NCBI GenBank assembly: GCA_011109175.1 | Contig: RDEW01000004.1 | Span: forward strand, 1,569,591-1,633,590 | From: Dicyema japonicum | Taxonomy: Eukaryota; Animalia; Dicyemida | Reading direction: 5' to 3' | DNA: 64,000 bases | Part shown: piece after piece, positions 41,032 to 52,459 of the stretch | How positions within the stretch are numbered: position 1 is the first letter of the stretch | Layout of the letters: every line of letters starts with the position of its first letter | Notes under the pieces: generated by a model | Seen by the model: the letters and a program-made list of their open reading frames with translations, nothing else | What the model was told of the DNA's origin: nothing | Database searches by the model: none | Program-made: the position numbers and the translations under genes

Positions 41032-41091
41032 GGCTAGAGTACGAGCACATAGTTTCCATTCCAGACCAATTTGATTTGTATGTGGTAACTT

Positions 41092-41839
41092 ATTATTATT
41101 TATTATTTTTTTGGAAAAATCGCCGCGTGGCCCATGTATTGCTACGTGGCTAATTGGTTAAATTTTTCTGATTGTTTTGTTTGTTCCTCCCATTTCCCTT
41201 CCTATTGGAGTGGCATCATGTGATACACCTGTCTAGGTGGCGCCCAGTGTCAGGCCGGCAGGAAAAAGGATCATTTGCTCTCCCCCACTCCACTGGAAGG
41301 GTTTCCTCAACTGCAAGTAATGGACGTCTTTTTCCTTTTATGCTGATTACGGATGGACTCTGTTTCTGTGGAAGTGGAAACTGGATACACTTAATAAGTT
41401 GTTTACTTTAACTTTTTTCTCGGTGTGTCCGGGGTTTAAATTAAATTAAATTATTAACCCCGGCTTCGCCAGCAAGTGGGAAGCCGGCGACCATCAGAGA
41501 GCGTGCAGTCCGGACAGGCCGCTCCCAGAGATCCTCGACTTTTGCATCCGGTGGTCCAGGGCAGGGAAAAAGGTCCCGAACTACTCTGCCAGCCAGAAAA
41601 GGGTGGTGTCCACATCGTAGGCGAGCCAGTCCGATTCTGATCTTCCTCGGGAGCGATTGTTCCGTTGGACTGATATCAGGGGGGAAGCGCTCCAAGACTT
41701 TGTTATATTGAAGTGTCCTAATGGCCCGTGTTGAGATGAAATCATGGATTCGGCGGGTCCAAGTTGAGTCTTCTTGAGGGGGGGTGATCTTTGACAAGGC
41801 TCTTTGTAGGTCAAAGATGGTCCGGGGTTTAAATAAATA
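41092..41839 (+). mobile_element. 5-prime-truncated LINE 3-prime end (family X), TSD atgtggtaactt, carrying a nested minus-strand Vingi fragment at 41442-41819
   Basis: Outer TSD at 41080-41091 and 41840-41851; inner TSD gtccggggtttaaat at 41427-41441 and 41820-41834; inner ORF LPRKIRIGLARLRCGHH. Confidence 0.8.
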
Positions 41840-42003
41840 ATGTGGTAACTTCTAGTAAATAACTTTAATTAAAATATCATTAATTTATAAATTATTATTA
41901 GTTTTTTTTTAAATTACTTTGTTTGTGTATGTTCTTGTGTGGCTAATTATTTTTTTAATTTTTTCCTTTCATATAAATATTTTATTCTCAATATAGATAT
42001 TAA

Positions 42004-43849
42004 ATGTCATCTAAGTCTTCGTCCAACAAAAATACGGATAAAAAGTGGGATGAAGGTCTAAATTTCGGTATGTTTAAAATTATTGAAATCATCATAAATT
42101 TTAGCTGTCAATTTCCGACTTTTATTTTTCGAATAATTTTAAATTCTTAGAGCCTGGTCTTTTGCTAAAACAATTCAAAATCGAGACAAAGGATGACGGA
42201 TCATACATTATGGTGAATTCTCTAAGAGATCGGATTTTACACGGAGTAGTTTTAGGAGAATTAAGACGTGGAGAAGAATTCGAACTAAATAGAGCACGTG
42301 AATATGCAATAAGAGAAAATACACGTGGAATTTTAGAAAAGCACAAAACAGTCCACGAAAAAGAGGTTTTATCTTTTATCTCAAATTAAGCGACTGCGAA
42401 ACTTAGAAGGAACTTTAGCAAGACAGCAGGCATTAGCATTGCTGGGAAGGTTTTGGGTTTATTAATTTTAGAATTTATGTTGGAAGCATAACTTTTGACA
42501 TTACTGAGGATGACATTAAAGAATTGTTCTGTGTGTTCGGACCCATCAAATACATAAATATGTCGATTGATCCCTCAACAAAAAATCATAAGGGATTCGC
42601 TTTTTTGGAGTATGAGACACCCGAAGCAGCACAATTGGCAATTGATTACATGAATAATGCTATTGTGACTGAAAAGAATATTAAGGTTGGTCGACCTACA
42701 CCTTTGTCTCAATCCCACGATGTTATTACTTCAATGGCCGCAGAGGCTGATAGATTAAATAGGATTTATGTCTCCGCTATCAGTCCTAGTGTTGATTCAA
42801 AGGACCTGACAAAAATTTTCAGCGTATTTGGTAAAGTTAAGCAATGTCACCTTATACGCTCCAGTAGAAAAGATAAGCTGTAAGTTTTTTACATAAAAAT
42901 CATTATTTTCACGTTTTATTCACTTGCTGTTAAATTATTGTCTTTTTTACTTTTAGAGCCTGCGCTTACTTTGAATATGACAACCCCCTTTCTGCCAGGA
43001 CAGCTATTGCATCTATGAATAATTTCGATCTTGTCGGATCGATTTTGAAAGTCGTCAAAGCTGTCACACCTAACAGTCGGATTTGGGAACCCATACTTCC
43101 CTATCGAATATGCCAAATGATGTTGCTGCTACAGTTGCTGAAATTTCTGCCACTGTTGCAGCCCTTGATGCTCAGGAAATGAAAGTTGATTTACCTCGGG
43201 CTAATATAATAACAAAAAAGAAGAATAATAAATTTGTCAAGGAAGCTCCGGTTATAGATGGACCGACAATATTTGATCCTTTAAAAATCCCGGGGTTTGT
43301 GCCTCCAAAACCTGTGGGTAATTCTTGTATTTTTAAGTCTAGAGGAAATTAAGCCGCCAAGTCCAATAATTGAGAAAATTGAACCTAAGCGAGGTTATAA
43401 AATTTATCATCTCAGCTTCTCCTACTACTGATCCTATCGAAGATGAGGATGACATGAATATTACTAAGAAACGACGCAAGATGGTGTTGGATAGACTAAA
43501 TTTTACACTTCCTGTAATATTTTTCAAAAACCTTTAGAAACGTGTTATGTTGTTGCGCAATATGGTCGATGAAAGCGAAGTTGACGAATATCTAGAATCT
43601 GAAGTCTCTGAGGAATGTCAAAGATACGGAAATGTTATAAAAGTTACGATATATGTTGAGAAAGGTGTTGAACATGAAGTGAAAATATTTGTGGAATTTT
43701 CGTCTCCAGAAGGTTTTTATTTTTAATTTATTGTTTAGAAGCTGAAAAGACTGTAAATATAATGGATAGAAGACAGTTTAATGGTAGAACTATTTTCAGC
43801 TATCTTGTATAACCAGGAAAGTTATGATTTGGGCGATTTTACTGTTTAA
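42004..43849 (+). CDS. PUF60: Poly(U)-binding splicing factor PUF60/half pint (RRM1, RRM2, UHM); apparent 1-nt deletions near 42984-42990 and 43316-43318
   Basis: [49 protein letters not shown] and the [28 protein letters not shown]. Confidence 0.93.
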
Positions 43850-43879
43850 TTTACATTTTTTAAATTCATTTAAGTTAAC

Positions 43880-44080
43880 TTTACTAACATGACGATTACG
43901 AAACACACATCCAAAACAGGTCGCTTTTAGAGATCCTCAACTTTTTCGTCCACGGCAAGCAGAGAGATCTCAAACTTTTATTCCATCCAGAGATAAACTG
44001 TGCACACAGACTAGGCGTGCGAGTCCCACTCGGAAGCAGTGATTCTGAAGCCCTGATCTCAGGAGAATTGCACCCAAGCA
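43880..44080 (-). mobile_element. Vingi-like C-terminal fragment
   Basis: FRVGLARLVCVHS parallels RIGLARLRCGHH. Confidence 0.55.
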
Positions 44081-45299
44081 TTTTTTTCTTTAAGCACTAG
44101 TGAACACCAAGTCGCGTAAATTTTCACTTCAGGCTCGGTTTTTTTGGCAGAGGTATTTACTCTGGAAATTTTTTTTGTAGCTTGCTTAAATAATAAGTTT
44201 ATTATCAACCAATTCTGTCGTGAATACTACGGCTTGTGAGGGACCAAAAAATTATATTTATTACATGTTATTTCTAGGCGAATTGTCCTTAATTTTTTAT
44301 AGGCGAGTTCGGGGACAGTTGTCTTAGCCTACTACGGCAAATCAAACATCAATGAATTTCATCTTTATCTGTCATTGTTAAGGACGGCTAGGTAGGGTAA
44401 TTCTCTCTGACAATCTTCTTAATTTTTAAAAGAAATAAAGTATTTAGTTCGATTCCATTCTCATCCATTGATCATCGATGACAACCAGCAATTGTCTGCA
44501 ATGGAGCGGACCTTATTTGCTAATTTCTTGTCAATACATGGACTATGAACGCAGCTTTCAGATTTATTCTTACTCCAATTAGTGTTTTATTTGACCAGAT
44601 ATGCCGCAATAGGTTGAGGACCATTATATGTAATTTTTTCTGCTTTTAAATCTTCATCTCTTAGCACGAGCTTAATTTCTTCATATTCCTCAAGTACACG
44701 TCTCTATGAAGTCTATATCATCGGAATAAATATCGTTTTGTAGTTCTTCTATTCAAATAGAATACAATGAATCTCCTTGGAAGAGAAGTCGTCGGAAATA
44801 TGTTAGTTTTAAGATACTAATTTTCACAACGATGTAGGTGTCCTTCACAGAAGGCTTATTAGGTGAGGAATCTTTCGAAAAGATCTATTAACTTGTTTTT
44901 TTAAGCCATCGAAGGTTCACGAAAAGTTTCAAGTTTTGTATTTTACGCAATGCAGTGAACCACCTATACACCCAAACCATATCTTTAATTGACTTTCTAA
45001 CGGAATCTACTCTAACTTTCAGATACATATTCATCAACCTTATGCGTTATCCTGTTGACGATGACTATATAGAGTTTTGCTGTATCAGGATAGACGGCGT
45101 TTAGAATTATTATCTGAAATCATTAGATTTGAAGTTCTAAGGTCGGAAGAGCTCAATCATTTCTGTTATAATAGAGTGGACAAACTTGAAGTTTTCCACT
45201 CCTTGTCCATGTGGATGTACCTAAGACCTTGTGGGATATTGGAAATGGTCATATCCCTTTGGCAACTTTACATCAAATTGAACCAGGATCATTGAAGAT

Positions 45300-46200
45300 G
45301 TCTTTCTCAGATTTAATGTGTCAGGCATATATTGGAACAATTTTTCATATTCGAGAATGTGTGTGATTGGAACGATGATTTGTCAACGCAGTAGGAAATA
45401 GTCAGTGCTAGATGGAAATATTCATCTGATTCCACCAGGACGTATCTACGATAGCCGGAGGCAGCTGAACTTGTTATTCCTGGATATTCCTATTTGACAT
45501 TGTTTAGCACGAAGCTCTTCTGGCTCAGCTTGTGTCGATGGATATTCATTCCTAAATACCTGTTTAACTGGATAAGAAAGTTTTTAACGGGCAGGTCAAT
45601 ATTCCTAATACCTGTTTAACTGGATAAGAAAGTTTTTAACGGGCAGGTCAATATTCCTAATACCTGTTTAACTGGATAAGAAAGTTCTTAAAGTCGAAAG
45701 AAGTGTCTCTTTTATCAGAGGGTCCTTAAGGGTTCTGCATTAAGTCCAATATTATTGAATATCTTCATGACTAGTTTACCTAAACCACTGAGTCATAATT
45801 CTGATATAATTAACGCGGATAACATTATCATAATAAATGCGTCCAAGAACTCAATTCTCTCTGAAAGGAAACTGAATAACTACATGTCTATCATCGAAGA
45901 TTGGTGTAGTAGAGATGGTTAAAACTCTCATGTCAGAAGTCTAATTCACTTAGCATCAGCCGAGTAAAAAAGCTATCAATGCAGGGATACACCTATCAAG
46001 TGAAAATGTGAATTCGTTACGTTATCTGGAGGTGGATATTGACCATAGCGATGTGTATGAATAAGAAAACTCTGCAAGAATATCCCTACTAGAGGGGACA
46101 AGTAGGCAATCATCAAGTTGGCCTTAAGAAGAAGGCTAATGGATTAATTAACTCAGGAGGAAGATAAACTCCTAACAACAATAAAGTGCGTGATCAGAGG
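45300..46200 (+). mobile_element. Decayed LINE RT fragment containing a 52-bp tandem repeat (45548-45686, about 2.6 copies)
   Basis: Decayed GSALSPILLNIFM and ADNII motifs; unit attcctaatacctgtttaactggataagaaagtttttaacgggcaggtcaat. Confidence 0.65.
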
Positions 46201-46929
46201 AGGATAGAGATTTTAAAGATCAGAATCAAAGTCCGAAGCTCATACGTACAGATTAAATTAAACTAAGGAGGAGAGGGAAAACAGTTGAAATGTCCAAACC
46301 TAATGGAAGGACTAAAATACTACATAACTCTTTATCTTCTTGTTAGCAATAAAATTTCGTTCATTCAAGCCATAGGCTATTTAAAAGGTTTTTATGCTTG
46401 CCATGTTTATTATTGAATTCCTTTATTATTAAGCTCCATTCACCCGTTTATTTTTTTCTTCCTTTTAGTCGTTTTTGTAGTCTTTTGATTTTCATTTCTT
46501 AATTAACTAAATTTTTTGGGTTTGTCAAGCTTTCTGATCGTAGGCGCAGTTCTTTCAGTAGAAGTGCGAATATCGCATTTTTTGATTGTGTTGGAATTTC
46601 ATCATGGTGGTCTTAATGACTTATCTTACAACATTCTTAATTCTGCTGATCTCTTCTTTCCGTCATTTTGTGAGCGATGCATCTTATAGTATTTTGAGGG
46701 AGAACGTCTCGTAATACACCAGCTTCTCAAGGTCAATTGTAAGATGAGTCTACTAGTAATTATTTTGATTCAAAAGCTACGAATCAGGGATTCCAGAAGA
46801 GTTAATGAGGATAATCTTTTCCAGAAATCTATCACTCCTTCATTCTTAACGCTTTTTCTTGGTAACTTTAATCTTCATGACATTTGTAATAGGTAAATAG
46901 CCCACACTTAAGGAATGCATGGCTCGATT

Positions 46930-47450
46930 TAATGCTTTTGGTCAATGTTTAGAATAAGGAGATTTCTGATCTTCCATAAGAAAGACTTTTCCATCAATCC
47001 AGATAAAAATCAGTGATAAGAACGAGTGCATGTCAAAGATCACTCCAGGGATCTTTTTAGATCTACTGAATAGGATAATGACGTTGCTTATATTCGACTG
47101 TTTATCTTCCCAGTCTCTTATCCTAATTAAAAAAGTTGTGATGAACTTTTCCATGTCAGTCCTTAGGAGTTTCTCCATTAACCAAGCGTTGAGATTATCT
47201 GGGTTTAGTTTAAATTTTAATCTGGCAGCCCGGAGGTCCCTATAGTGTAAACTCAGGACGATGTCGTCAGCATAAATGAGAAGGATATCATTTTCGGTTT
47301 CAATGTGAAGATATCGTCAAGGAATAAATTGAATACAAAGGAGATAGTGAAGATCGTTGAGGAACGGTATTAGAAAAAGTCGAGATATAGACTTTGACTG
47401 TCTGAAGCAAACATGTCCCTCCCATCTTTAGCCAGAGTTTGCGCTTACTA
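46930..47450 (-). mobile_element. Vingi-like RT C-terminal fragment
   Basis: LIYADDIVL and KKIPGVIFDMHSFL. Confidence 0.6.
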
Positions 47451-47587
47451 GAGATTTCTGTTCGAAAAATTGGGGATACTCTTTTCGATCATTTTTTACC
47501 CTTTTCGCCATTTCATATAATAAAAAATAATAAATTATTATTATTTGTTAAAAATATTTAAAATTTAACGTGTCTAATATTTACGTT

Positions 47588-49318
47588 ATGTCCTCTTCTT
47601 GTGAGCTTGATTTAAAACCAATATGTGATTTTTTATTGTCACTGAGCGATCATATAAAAAATAACAGTCTCAATGAATTTTTAACAAAGTAATTCATTGT
47701 TAAATATTTTAGATTCAACGATTTAACGACTCAGTATTTTCCTAAGTGTGCTTGGCCAACATTACAGGATCTTTCTCTTAGCAAGACTATTCCCGATAAT
47801 ACTATACAAGGGACTATTTACAACCATTATAGGATCTATGATTTGTACAGTCGTCAACTTGTATTTTTAAATTTTAAAACTCAGAATAATAAAATTTCTG
47901 TCCAGACAGCAAATGATTTGATGACACATTTAAAGAAAATTGTCCGTCTCCTAAGTTTTGAATGAATGTGACTTTTAGTCAAGAAATATCCAGTTGATAG
48001 AAACTCTGTTAAAGTTACCAAAGACAATCGTATTTCCAACACTACGTCTTTTACTGAGATCTACATGTTTGAACTTCTTACGAGTATTGCCTTAGGGGTA
48101 TTTTTCTATATAAAAACTCCATTGAGAATATTAATTTGTTTTTAACCATTTTATAGTTTGAAATAATGGGAAATATGGTATCCCAACAGGAAAATCCATG
48201 GGACTACGAATCTTCCTTGAGATTTTGTAATTTTTGTGATGCTACAGTTTCTATAAATAATTATCTGGGAGACTTTTCAATTTCTCGAAGTAATTTTATA
48301 TAATTATTTATAGATAAATTATATTCGCTACCACCTGTACCAGTTTATATGTCTTATATTTCGCTCATTATTTCACTAAGGATAAACTGTGCAGCTGGAA
48401 AATATAAGGAGGCTCTCTCAGCAGTCGCCAACGTTGATATTTTTAAAGTTTAGACTTAAATTTATTGTTTTAGGATTCTATTCTCGTTTCTCCCTTGTCT
48501 CTTCTGACCTTTCATTATTACAAGGATTCGCTTTATTCATGACTAAGAGAATTGTAGAAGCACGTGATTGCTTTATATCAGCGATTGAAAGGATAAAAAT
48601 AAAAACGGAAAATAACAATTATGTCGTATTTATATTCATATTTTGGTAGATTGGTGAATTAAAAAACAAAATTTGTATCTTGACTGCTGTTTGCTTCAAA
48701 ATATGGCCACTTTGCATAAGACTGAACGGGGAGGAGTTGAACTGTGTCAAAGAACTTTATTCAAGAATAAATAATAAGTATTTATTTAAACAACGATGTA
48801 GTTCTCGATTTCTGGAAGAAGCATTTAAATCTGCGTCTCCCGTTTTTACACCTTCAGTAAAGGATGAAAAATCACATTTGGTTCATTTTCAGTCTCTATT
48901 AAATGAATTCAATAAATTCTCCATGATTATGGAGTTTTTTTGTTTATCTATTTTAGCATGTCAAAAACATATGCCTCTATTCCAGTTTCATTATTTGTTA
49001 ATCGACTTTCACTTGTTGCTTAATTATAATATTTTTAGAGTGAGGACGAATTATCCAATTTTGAGAAAAATTATAAGGTTTTATTAATGCCTCTTTAGTC
49101 GCATAGGAAGTATGCAATTTAAATAGAATTGAAAATTGTCTTGAAATTAAAGTTGAGATTGAAAACGGTTTTGTGGTACTTAGCAGAAAAGAAAGGGAGT
49201 TTGATTTGAATGTGGCTTATAAGGAATTATTTTTCAAATGCGAAAAGGTTGCTTTTAATTAATTTAATTATAGCTTAAAGGGAAGATTAATTTTAATAAA
49301 ACTTTGAACGTAAAATAA
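47588..49318 (+). CDS. EIF3L: Divergent eukaryotic translation initiation factor 3 subunit L; multi-exon, with indels
   Basis: LTTQYFPKCAWP, YISLIISLRINCAAGKYKEAL, TFHYYKGFALFMTKR..A..F and KTYASIPVS resemble FFKNTPWP, YFSLVGLLRLHSLLGDY..A, TTYYYVGFAYLMMRRY and KLYTTMPVA. Confidence 0.75.
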
Positions 49319-49824
49319 ATTGATTTTGGATATTTTCATTTTTTAAGAATATACTTGTGATTTAAAATGAATTAGTTCCCTTGTTTTTAATATTCATTTT
49401 ATTCTCGTCATTCAAGTTCCCTATATTAAATTTAATTTTGTTGTTTTGATAAATCTTGCATCTTATAAATAATTAGAAAATTAAAAATAATATAAGAATG
49501 GTTTTAAATTTATAAATGACTACTAGCTTTATGATTGGTGAAAGCTTTGGTCTTGTTTCTTTTACGAGTATAAAGAAGTGGTGGAAAATATTGGAAGGTC
49601 GAACGAAAAAGGAAGTATTAAATGCACGTAGGATCTGTGATTTTATGTATGCCGCAAATAATAATAGAAAATACTTCAAAAAAATTTATTACGCTTTAGG
49701 TTTAAGAAATGAATATTCTAGCGTCATTATTTAATAAAATTAATCGATTGAAAACCGATTAAAATTTTAATTTTTTTAAATTACTCGATTGATATGTTAA
49801 AAGTAACAATTAATAATTAATTAA

Positions 49825-50030
49825 CACAGCCATTCATCCAAAGTGGTCCCCGCAGACATTATCGACGTTGCGTTGACTCTCATGATTGCAACAGAGATCA
49901 AATGGAGAGGCCACCAGGTTTCACGTGCGTCGTGGCTTTTTAGTTTAGCTACAGCGCTCACGACAAAGTTGGATGGGCAACGAGGGTCGACACAAGTAGC
50001 ATCCCAGACAAAAGGCTTCCCCTTTTCGAA
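49825..50030 (-). mobile_element. Internally deleted 3-prime copy of the 52.5-54.8 kb CRE element
   Basis: High similarity to 54430-54790 in inverted orientation, with a roughly 170-bp internal segment missing. Confidence 0.85.
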
Positions 50031-51479
50031 TTGAAAATTTTAAATTAAATTAGACTTAATCTATTAATATTAATTTTAAAAAATTGAATTAAAATCGAAA
50101 TAAAATGAAATCAATTACTAGAATGTCTAATCAGAATCGGAAGAAAAGTCCGAAGGTTCATTAGTTGAAGTTGGGAATCCATAACGATAGGAATAACCAT
50201 TAGAACTAATAAATAAAAATAAATTACTATTGAAATGAATAACGTTCCATAAGCGGATTCATGCAACCATCATGTTCCTTGAAAAAATAATTTGACAATC
50301 TTACCTTACGTAAGTCGATAATATAAGTTTTCCCCTTTTCATTAGATTTGGATTCTTTAAATAAATTACAATGATACTATCATCAGCGCCTTCTTTGTCA
50401 TCTCCCATTAAATAATAAATGTAGCGTAAACTATCAAGAATTTATTGGTTTTTAAGGTTAATTTCCAAAAAATTATTGTAATTAATAATAATTAAATATA
50501 TTTTACAATTAATCGTTTTTATTTAGATATTCGTTTATTCATATTTAACCATCCAGAGGAGTTCCCCTTTGACGGTACTTCTTTCAAGTCCGAACATGCG
50601 AAGATTGCTGATGGAGGTCCAAATCACCTGAATTTTTCTCATTCTTGCTATGACGGTGGTTTTCTGGTTCAATAAATTTAATTTAATCTAATCTTAATCT
50701 AATTTCTATTGCAGATATTCATCCATATCGTATGAAATTATTTTTTTTCTTGGATGAATTAACTATCAACTCAACTCTTCTTCCCCCATTCAATGGGATA
50801 CTATCGGAACTGCCACATTCCAGTTCCATAAGTTGGTTGAAAGTAGAGATGAACTCCTTGTCAGGCAGCTTGATTTCATGTTTGAGCTCAATTGGAATTA
50901 AGCAAAATGCATGTTTAATTTTACCAATAGGATCGCGATAATTTCGATTAAATTGTCGTCCCAAAAAATTCTCTTCTGAAATAATTTCTACAAATTTAAA
51001 GTCACTTTTTTCCAATGGAAATGAAGAAAATACCTCACTTCGGACGCCACCCGTGTGGATGGCTTATCCTCCAACCTTCCACTGACTGCAACTCACCCAG
51101 GATCAGCCTCGGAAAGGGCTGATGCCTTTAAAAAATATTAAAATTTTGATGGAGATTTCATTTTTGAACCAGCCGCTGTAGAAACCTCGGGGAAGGTCAT
51201 TGGAAGCAGATCACTAACTGTCTGTATTGGATCGTTTATTGCCTGTAGGTAGAAAAATATGTAAGTGAAAAGCTGTCTTATTGAGCCCACTGTTTTTTAT
51301 TGATTAATTATTTCCTATAAAAAATTTTAGCAGCAGCACTGCTTGCAGACACATAATAGATTTAGAGTTTATGTCGATATAGTAAAGCCAATATTCAGGT
51401 AATAAACTGATAATGGATTAAGAGTTATCTCTTAATATAGTAAAATCAATATTCAAGTATTAAAATTAATTCTATTCCT

Positions 51480-51960
51480 GAATTGAGCTAGGTAAGCCCC
51501 AGCTTTGGAAGTTTATACAGTGTTACTAGGAACTACTATGAAATCAGTAGCTATATATGTGCTCGACTTCTGAATATGAATAATTAAAAGGGACAACAGC
51601 ACCAAAATTTTGACCAGGAAACTTTTCAGAGAAGGATTCACCAACTCAAAGAAAATTATGAAACTAGTATCAAAGGTTCATGGAGAGCATGAAATTTTTT
51701 AATAAAGAATTTAAGCGCCTTATCAACTCCTGCGGTATTCCAGTTTGGAAGCCTAACAATGGCATTTGTTATTCGATCCCGTACATATTCATAACTAAAT
51801 GTGATGGTTACTCTATTCGATTATGCATGGAATAGTTCTCCTTCAAGTAGAAATCTTCAACATTCCACACTAAGTGGAAATCATTTCTAAATGGGTTTTC
51901 CACACGCTTTTGTACCGCCTTTGTGCAGACCTAAGTAGAAGAATCTATGATAAAACTCAA
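51480..51960 (-). mobile_element. R4/Dong-like RT remnant interrupted by a host exon copy
   Basis: IVRLPNWNTAGVDKALKFFIKKFHALHEPL, then TLYKL after the insert. Confidence 0.7.
51586..51675 (+). pseudogene. 90-bp ungapped copy of the last exon of the coiled-coil gene (27566-27655)
   Basis: Manual alignment gives 81/90 identical positions and no gaps. Confidence 0.85.
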
Positions 51961-52459
51961 TTAAGTTACTTTGTTTCCTGTAAATGCATCATACATCATA
52001 GATGGATAGTTTTTTTTATACTAGAATAAACTCAAATACTTTTTACATTTATAAGCTAATGACGTTTTAACATAGATCTTACAAAGGGCGATGCCTTTCC
52101 ATTGATCCCACATCACACATATAAGATTGTTCAACATAGGGTAGGAACTTAAAGTTTTGACCTTACTTTATCTATCATAGAAAAATTTATAAACAGTCTG
52201 CGCGCTATAGAGAAGTAGGGAGATTTTCAATTTTAGAAAAAACTTCAAACTTTCCTTTTAATGGAAATAAAAATGTCATTTTTAATTGTTGGGTACGATT
52301 ATTTTGCTTTGCTCCATTCACACTATGCATACCCCATAGGAGGGGAAAGAAGAGAAATCACTTACGTCATTAGTAAAGGAAAATGTCCACACATTCTTCT
52401 CAAAAAACCTATTGGCAGACTAAGAAAAGCTCACCTACAAATTTCAAAACCATGAGAAG

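Noticed and set aside
41011-41070. Apparent natural 2A variant AVETNPGP (Asp replaced by Ala) with upstream IGLEWKLCARTL
   Set aside because: The Ala codon (41032-34) lies in the TSD ggctagagta. The element is truncated just before Val, and the upstream residues belong to the older V3 LINE.
41140-41280. SINE with an A box (tggctaattgg) or an HDV-like fold in element X
   Set aside because: No convincing B box, no catalytic C and poor P1 pairing; the region translates as a decayed CCHC knuckle (C..KKDHLL).
43880-44190. GC-rich island after PUF60 resembling a structured ncRNA; U2-like ctcggtttttttggc and an Sm-like aatttttttg
   Set aside because: 43880-44080 translates on minus as a Vingi C-terminus (RVGLARL). 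The U2-like stretch lacks the GUAGUA branch-pairing motif.
50100-51015. Possible spliced minus-strand gene (ORF 50719-51015 and small exons at 50120-50420)
   Set aside because: Candidate splice sites did not give a consistent frame, CRE-like debris lies between the parts, and no family was recognised.
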